Assembly: GCF_014280175.1 (NCBI RefSeq)
Contig: NZ_CP047931.1
Coordinates: 240,001 to 272,000, forward strand
Source: Synechococcus sp. A15-28
Lineage (GTDB): Bacteria; Cyanobacteriota; Cyanobacteriia; PCC-6307; Cyanobiaceae
DNA: 32,000 nt
Direction of reading: 5' to 3'
Every line of letters starts with the position of its first letter. Positions within the stretch are counted from its first letter, which is position 1. The position numbers and the translations under genes were made by a program. The notes under the pieces are model-generated. The model worked only from the letters and a program-made list of their open reading frames with translations, was not told the DNA's origin and ran no database searches. Positions 26,800-32,000 of this stretch are shown here, piece by piece.

Positions 26800-27534
26800 A
26801 TGGATTCAGTCACCACCACTCCAGATGACCGCCACAGGTACAGGGTTCTCGGCATCCCCGTGGACGTTTGCCGTGATGTTCAGGCTGCTGCCATCGGACT
26901 TCATGCACGCGGTGGTGGTCGCATCGTCACCCTCAACGCTGAGATGACGATGACGGCCCGCACTCTTCCGGAGCTGGGCCATGCCATCGAAGGGGCTGAC
27001 CTGGTCATCCCCGATGGAGCGGGTGTGGTCTGGGCCTTGGCCCGGCAGCGGGTGAGCGTGGTCAAGACCGCGGGCATCGAACTCGCCTGGACGCTTCTCG
27101 GGTATGCCGCAGCCCATGGCTGGCGGGTGGCCCTGGTGGGCGCTGCGCCTGCGGTGATGGACCGTCTTCGGACATCACTCCCGGAGCGACTTCCAGGCCT
27201 GAATCTCGTGATGGCTGTAGATGGTTATCAACCGGCGGAAGCCTGGGATTCCATTGAGGCTCAGCTCAAACGGCTTAAGCCCGACCTTGTGCTCGTGGCC
27301 CTTGGTGTTCCGCGCCAAGAAACTTGGTCTGAGCGGTTGGGCTCAGACCAACAAGGACTCTGGATGGGGGTCGGCGGAAGCTTCGATGTCTGGGCCGGCG
27401 TCAAGAGACGTGCACCTGCATGGATGTGCCGATACCGCGTTGAGTGGTTGTATCGCCTGATTCAGGAGCCCACGCGCTGGAGGCGAATGCTCTCGTTGCC
27501 TGCATTCGCCTGGGCTGTTCTGAAGGGACGCTGA
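26800..27534 (+). CDS. WecG/TagA/CpsF-family glycosyltransferase
   Basis: GGRIVTLNAEMTMTARTLPELGHAIEGADLVIPDGAGVVWA; KTAGIELAWTLL; VALGVPRQETW; GVGGSFDVWAGVKRRAPAWMCRYRVEWLYRLIQEP. Confidence 0.93.
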   Translation: MDSVTTTPDDRHRYRVLGIPVDVCRDVQAAAIGLHARGGGRIVTLNAEMTMTARTLPELGHAIEGADLVIPDGAGVVWALARQRVSVVKTAGIELAWTLLGYAAAHGWRVALVGAAPAVMDRLRTSLPERLPGLNLVMAVDGYQPAEAWDSIEAQLKRLKPDLVLVALGVPRQETWSERLGSDQQGLWMGVGGSFDVWAGVKRRAPAWMCRYRVEWLYRLIQEPTRWRRMLSLPAFAWAVLKGR

Positions 27535-27678
27535 TCAGCGGAAACCGACGGAGGCCTGCCAGACGAAGGCCAGCAGTAGGAAGAACACCGGGATCAGAGG
27601 AAGAATGTCGATCAGCGGAGAGAAGGCCTGATAGGCCTCGGGCAGCTGAGCCAGCAGGTCGAGGGTGAAGGCGGCCAT
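27535..27678 (-). CDS. psbK: photosystem II reaction center protein K
   Basis: 47-aa ORF below the provided track's cutoff: [47 protein letters not shown]. PsbK core [36 protein letters not shown]. Confidence 0.95.
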   Translation of the reverse strand: MAAFTLDLLAQLPEAYQAFSPLIDILPLIPVFFLLLAFVWQASVGFR

Positions 27679-27709
27679 CCCTAGTGTTCAAAAGGCGTTG
27701 GGCTGGACG

Positions 27710-28828
27710 CTACCACGTGTGATGGGCAGGTGAGCCTGGCTCCCAGGGAGCGAAATCCTCTGAAAAACACCCGTCCCGGATGGCCTGCGCCATAGCGGTG
27801 GTAAAACGCACCAGCTGGGTGATGTTGTGAATGCTCAGCAAAGTGAGGCCCAGCAGTTCCTCGCTGCGGATCAAATGATGCAGATAGGCCCGGGTGTGTC
27901 CGGTGCAAGCCACACAGGAGCAACTCGGATCCAGGGGTGTGTGGTCGTGCCGGAAGCGGGCATTACGGAGGTTCCAGCGCTCGCCATTGACCAGGGCTGT
28001 GCCGTGGCGCCCCAGGCGGGTGGGCAAGACGCAGTCGAACAGGTCGATGCCGTTGGCCACGGCGATGGCCATCTCCCGCAGGGTGCCGATGCCCATCAGG
28101 TATCGCGGTTTGTGGGTTGGGAGCAGGGGCGTGACGTCTCGCACGATGCGATGCATTTCCTCCACCGGCTCGCCGACGCTGACGCCGCCGACGGCAATCC
28201 CCGGCAAGTCGAAGTCGGCCACGGCTCGAGCACTCTCGCGGCGCAGATGGGGAAAGCATCCGCCCTGAACGATGCCGAACAGAGCCTGGTCTTCCCGCGT
28301 GTGCGCTTCAACGCAGCGGGCCAGCCAGGCGTGGGTGCGCCGGCAGGCATCGATCACGTCGTTTTCGGTGGCGGGATAGGGCGGACACTGGTCAAAAGCC
28401 ATGGCCACGTCCGCCCCCAGGGCCATCTGGATCTGCGTGGCGTGTTCCGGCGTCATGTCGATGGTGCGTCCATCGCGGGGGTTTCGGAACACCACCCCAC
28501 GGTCATCGATTTTGTTGAGGTCCCCCAGGCTGAACACCTGAAAGCCGCCGGAGTCGGTGAGCATCGGGCCGTCCCAGCCCATGAACCGGTGCAACCCCCC
28601 GGCTGCCGCCACGATCTCTTCGCCGGGTTGCAGATGCAGGTGATAGGTGTTGGAGAGCACCATCTGAGCCCCGGTGCGGCCCAGTTGCTCGATGCTGATC
28701 CCCTTGACGGTGGCGAGTGTGCCCACGGGCATGAATCGGGGCGTGTGCACCGGTCCATGGGGTGTGTGAAAGCAGCCACAGCGGGCAGCGGTCTTGGCGC
28801 AATGGGCGCTGATCTCGAAGCCGAACAA
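27710..28828 (-). CDS. tgt: tRNA-guanine transglycosylase
   Basis: [21 protein letters not shown]; [13 protein letters not shown]; [16 protein letters not shown]; [29 protein letters not shown]; [24 protein letters not shown]. Confidence 0.97.
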   Translation of the reverse strand: MFGFEISAHCAKTAARCGCFHTPHGPVHTPRFMPVGTLATVKGISIEQLGRTGAQMVLSNTYHLHLQPGEEIVAAAGGLHRFMGWDGPMLTDSGGFQVFSLGDLNKIDDRGVVFRNPRDGRTIDMTPEHATQIQMALGADVAMAFDQCPPYPATENDVIDACRRTHAWLARCVEAHTREDQALFGIVQGGCFPHLRRESARAVADFDLPGIAVGGVSVGEPVEEMHRIVRDVTPLLPTHKPRYLMGIGTLREMAIAVANGIDLFDCVLPTRLGRHGTALVNGERWNLRNARFRHDHTPLDPSCSCVACTGHTRAYLHHLIRSEELLGLTLLSIHNITQLVRFTTAMAQAIRDGCFSEDFAPWEPGSPAHHTW

Positions 28829-28857
28829 GGCAAGGACCCCCCTGCCTCGACCCTACG

Positions 28858-29619
28858 GTGAGACCCGGACCGTTCAACAGAGCCATCGCCCGGAGCGTCT
28901 CCCCCTGGTTGTCAGATCTGGCGGGAGCCTGGATCTTTTACAGCGTGCTGCCGGCCTGGCCCTGGCCGTCGCCACGGTTCCATCGCATCGCCAGATTCGC
29001 CTCCTGGATCGGCCTGGTGATCGGTGCCCTGCAAGCCCTGCTCTGCTGGGGACTGCTTCAGCTCGGTTGGACCATCAGCGCTGCAGCGCCCATGGCGATC
29101 GCCCTCGGCATCTGGCTCAGCGGTGGCCTGCATCACGATGGTCTGATGGACACGGCCGATGGTCTGGCGGCTGGCCAGGAGCGTTGTCTGGAGGCGATGG
29201 AGGACAGCCGGGTAGGGGCCAGCGGTGTGCTCGCTCTGGTCATGGTGCTCATGCTGCAGCTTGGCGCCCTGATCGAGCTGGGTCTCGCAGCGCCAGCGGC
29301 CCTGGTCATGGCTGGGGTCTGGAGCCGAGTGGCACCGCTGTGGGCCATGGCCCGTTTTCAGTACCTACGCCGCGATGGAACCGCCGGATTCCATCGGCGC
29401 CATGGACGACCCCTCTGGGATGCTCTCCCCAGTGCAGCCGTGCTTCTGGTGCTGGCCATGCTGCAGACCCCGGTCATGGTGCTGGCGGGAGCTCCCGTTG
29501 CGCTGGTGGTGGCGGAGGGCCTCGGTCGGCGCCTGGGGGGCCACACCGGCGACAGTTATGGCGCGGTGCTGGTGCTCACGGAAACCCTCACGCTCGTGCT
29601 GTTGGCTCTGGCCACCTGA
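28858..29619 (+). CDS. cobS: adenosylcobinamide-GDP ribazoletransferase (cobalamin synthase)
   Basis: FYSVLPAWPWPSPRFHRIARFAPS-like start; SGGLHHDGLMDTADGLAAGQERCLEAMEDSRVGASGVLAL; GHTGDSYGAVLVLTE. GTG start. Confidence 0.93.
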   Translation: MRPGPFNRAIARSVSPWLSDLAGAWIFYSVLPAWPWPSPRFHRIARFASWIGLVIGALQALLCWGLLQLGWTISAAAPMAIALGIWLSGGLHHDGLMDTADGLAAGQERCLEAMEDSRVGASGVLALVMVLMLQLGALIELGLAAPAALVMAGVWSRVAPLWAMARFQYLRRDGTAGFHRRHGRPLWDALPSAAVLLVLAMLQTPVMVLAGAPVALVVAEGLGRRLGGHTGDSYGAVLVLTETLTLVLLALAT

Positions 29620-30742
29620 GCTGAAAAGCATTCCCCTGGTCTGGCAGCTCTGCTGCCAGGCGCGACGGCTCAACGCAGAGTTCAAGCCTTCCTCCATCAC
29701 GTTCCGCCAGTTGACGGGCGAGGGCGAGCCCCAGGCCGGTGCCCGGACGTTCACGACCACGAAGGCCCCGCACCCCCTCCTGGAAGATCGCCTCCCGTTC
29801 ATGCACGTCGATCGCCGGGCCGCCATCCCAGACGCATAAGCCGTCCGGCAAAGGCGTCAGTCCGATGGCTGTGCCGGGGGGGCTGTAGCGGAAGGCATTT
29901 TCCAGAAGGTTCGCCACGATTTCCGCAGTGGCCGCGATCTCTGCTGATTCAGAGGCCCAGGCCGGCCAGATCTCAGGCCCGTGCCACGGCCGGCCTTGCA
30001 GCGTGGCCATGGCCATGGCTCGCTCGATCAACGGCATCAGCTGCTGCTTGAGGCTGGTGTCCACGGCGCTGGTGTCCGGCGGAAGCAGCAGGGGTGCAGG
30101 CTCGGGCTGACGTCCGCTCAGGGCTGGTTGCCCGATGCTGTCGAGGGCATTGACATAGCGATTGAGCTGGTTCTGCTCCGCCAGCATTCCTTCGACGAGC
30201 GGGCGATGTTCGCTGCTGCTTTCGAGCCGCCTCAGCAGCAACTGGGCGTAGGTGCGCAGCGCTGAGAGGGGATTGCGCAGCTGATGAACCATGGTGCGCA
30301 GCTGGGTTTGCTGCTGATCCAAGGCACTGCGCAGCTGAAGGCATTCGAGGTCTGTCGCCAGCCCATGACTGAGGGCAGCAGCGCCATCCCGCAGTTGCTG
30401 GTCCCGTTGCGGATGCCACGCTTCGGCAGGGCCAAGGTCGGCGCGCAGGGCTCCCAGGATCAGGTCCCCATCGCGTAAGGGGTACCAGCGGCGCTCCTGA
30501 GCTGGACGCCGCAGCTCGGGATCCGCATCGGCGGGGGGAAGTGATCGATCTGCAGCCGACACCTGTCGAATCAGAAAAAGGGGGGGGTGGTCCTTGTCCC
30601 CTGTCTGGCTGATGTAGAGGGCGAGATGCTGGTAGCCGTGGTTTCGGTTTAGTTGCTCCAGCTGCTGCTCCGCAAAGGTCAGGAAGCGTTCCGTCAGCTG
30701 CAATGGGCCAGGTGGGCGGATGGACACAGAGCCACGGAGCAA
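29588..30742 (-). CDS. sensor histidine kinase
   Basis: H-box TMVHQLRNPLSALRTYAQLLLRRL; N-box NLLENAFRYSPPGTAI; G-boxes VWDGGPAI, RPGTGLGLALARQLAERDGGRLEL. Confidence 0.9.
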   Translation of the reverse strand: MLRGSVSIRPPGPLQLTERFLTFAEQQLEQLNRNHGYQHLALYISQTGDKDHPPLFLIRQVSAADRSLPPADADPELRRPAQERRWYPLRDGDLILGALRADLGPAEAWHPQRDQQLRDGAAALSHGLATDLECLQLRSALDQQQTQLRTMVHQLRNPLSALRTYAQLLLRRLESSSEHRPLVEGMLAEQNQLNRYVNALDSIGQPALSGRQPEPAPLLLPPDTSAVDTSLKQQLMPLIERAMAMATLQGRPWHGPEIWPAWASESAEIAATAEIVANLLENAFRYSPPGTAIGLTPLPDGLCVWDGGPAIDVHEREAIFQEGVRGLRGRERPGTGLGLALARQLAERDGGRLELCVEPSRLAAELPDQGNAFQLRWPEPTARA

Positions 30743-30755
30743 TGGTTAAGGGGAC

Positions 30756-30783
30756 TTGAAAATTCTAGGAAAAGTCTTAATAT
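30756..30783 (+). promoter_or_regulatory. candidate sigma70-type promoter (TTGAAA-N16-TAATAT)
   Basis: TTGAAA at 30756-30761 and TAATAT at 30778-30783 with 16-nt spacer in the AT-rich start of the longest intergenic gap, upstream of the DUF3155-like gene. Confidence 0.4.
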
Positions 30784-31080
30784 CCATTTATAGACCGGTC
30801 CGCTGTTCGTCAAGAGCAGACGCCCGCCAACCCTTGTATCGGTTGCATTTCTGTTGCGACCAAAGTTACAGCAGAGGCTGAAGCGTTCTTTGCTGGGTGC
30901 CGTTTCCGGCATCGCCATTGGTGTTGGTGATCTTCTGAATGGCTGAGGGTTGCCCGCAGCCGTTGCATGACGCGGTCTGAAGACGCCTTTGCGTCGACCA
31001 GCCCCAGGTAATGACGGAAGGTTTCGGCCTCTCCGGTCCCCTTCTCTCTTCTCTTACTCACTGTTCACCGGAGTTCGACC

Positions 31081-31449
31081 ATGTCCAAAAAGCGCAAGCG
31101 CATCAGCCGCCGTCGTCTGGCGGGGCAACGGGTCCTCGCCCATGTGTCCACCCATCACCTGGAAACCGGTGAGTACAAGCCCGTAACGGCAGCCCGCCGT
31201 TACATCGCAGAGGCCGGATTGGTGCCTCCTGCTCTGCTCAATGTGCGTCGCAACGAACACACCACCGATCGCTTCTTCTGGGGCGAGAAGGGTTTGTTCA
31301 GCGCTCAGTACGCCGAAGAAAATCACTTTCTCTTCCCCTCCTTGCGCACCATCGTCGATTCGATCGGTGAAGACACCCTGTTCGAAGGGCTTGATTTCGC
31401 CGCCGATGATTGGGAGGAGATGGAAGAGTACGAATACGCCTTCGTTTGA
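31081..31449 (+). CDS. cyanobacterial conserved protein, DUF3155-like
   Basis: MSKKRKRISRRRLAGQRVLAHVSTHHLETGEYKPVTAARRYIAEAGLVPPALLNVRRNEHTTDRFFWGEKGLF...; basic N-terminus and acidic C-terminus recalled as DUF3155. Confidence 0.8.
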   Translation: MSKKRKRISRRRLAGQRVLAHVSTHHLETGEYKPVTAARRYIAEAGLVPPALLNVRRNEHTTDRFFWGEKGLFSAQYAEENHFLFPSLRTIVDSIGEDTLFEGLDFAADDWEEMEEYEYAFV

Positions 31450-31450
31450 A

Positions 31451-31999
31451 TCAGGACCCAGCGAGGATCTGGTTCAGAAACGACGCCAACGGTTGCATCA
31501 TCTCCTCTGGGATGGTGTGACCGTTTTCAAATGTGATGGTCCAACAGCGGTCGGGCTGAAGACGTTCAGCGATGGCATCCAAGGCGTTTTGCGGCACGAT
31601 CGTGTCCTGAAGGCCATGCATCGCCAGCACATGGGGATGGTGCGCCGGGGGCTGCCAGTCGGGGTGGGGGTAGCCGCTGCAGGAGATCACCCCAGCAATG
31701 GGTAGGTTGCAGCCGCAGTGGAGTGCCATGGCGCCGCCCTGGGAGAAACCCAGCAACACGGTGCGGCCCATCGGTGCTCCTTGGCTGCTGATCGTCTGCA
31801 GCCGCCGCTGAAGCGCCTCGATGGCTGATGGCACGGCGTCCCAGTCGGCAGGGAAGAGGCCATACCACTGGCGGCCGGGTGGTTGCGGATGGAGGTGGGG
31901 AGCCTCCAGCGCCATCACTTCCATGGAGTGATCCATGGCGTTGGCGAGGGATCGCCCCAGTGGTTCCAGATCATCGGCCGTGGCCCCCCAGCCGTGAAG
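31451..31999 (-). CDS. alpha/beta hydrolase (phospholipase/carboxylesterase type), truncated by right window edge
   Basis: Frame extends past the annotated ATG: LHGWGATADDLEPLGRSLANAMDHSMEVMALEAPHLHP...; nucleophile elbow LLGFSQGGAMAL; HGLQDTIVP; FENGHTIPEEM. Confidence 0.88.
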   Translation of the reverse strand, partial: LHGWGATADDLEPLGRSLANAMDHSMEVMALEAPHLHPQPPGRQWYGLFPADWDAVPSAIEALQRRLQTISSQGAPMGRTVLLGFSQGGAMALHCGCNLPIAGVISCSGYPHPDWQPPAHHPHVLAMHGLQDTIVPQNALDAIAERLQPDRCWTITFENGHTIPEEMMQPLASFLNQILAGS

Positions 32000-32000
32000 C

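Noticed and set aside
30850-30950. Small peptide ...LKRSLLGAVSGIAIGVGDLLNG upstream of the DUF3155-like gene
   Set aside because: No ATG or convincing ribosome binding site; retained only as a possibility within the intergenic finding.
1-32000. Mobile elements, integrases, toxin-antitoxin or phage genes
   Set aside because: No transposase, integrase, terminal repeats or phage motifs recognised; gene content is housekeeping or metabolic.

Overview
This window is a compact, GC-rich, gene-dense segment that reads as a marine picocyanobacterial (Synechococcus/Cyanobium-like) chromosome. The taxonomic call is an inference from PsbK, the cyanobacterial DUF3155-like protein and overall gene content. 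Genes include a folK C-terminus at the left edge, an ABC transporter, a NUDIX hydrolase and photolyase pair, a DegT-family aminotransferase, a thioredoxin-like protein, a photolyase split into two genes, fabI-hisB, a carotenoid oxygenase, rdgB, a phosphoglucomutase/mutase, a TM0106-type RecB-like nuclease, a YgfZ/CAF17 protein, pyrE, a CAT-anticodon tRNA, a CorC/HlyC-like protein, a Gfo/Idh/MocA oxidoreductase, a GH15-like protein, a WecG/TagA glycosyltransferase, psbK, tgt, cobS, a histidine kinase and an alpha/beta hydrolase. The most interesting locus is a tightly packed minus-strand cassette at ~10687-15521. It encodes a plant-type SABATH methyltransferase, a Glu/Leu/Phe/Val dehydrogenase-like protein, a sarcosine oxidase/NikD-like flavoprotein and a BCCT transporter. 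I propose, as a testable inference, that it makes and/or transports an N-methylated heteroaromatic osmolyte such as homarine (N-methylpicolinate) from lysine. The second most interesting locus is the split photolyase at 6263-7640. No CRISPR arrays, rRNAs or mobile elements were recognised.
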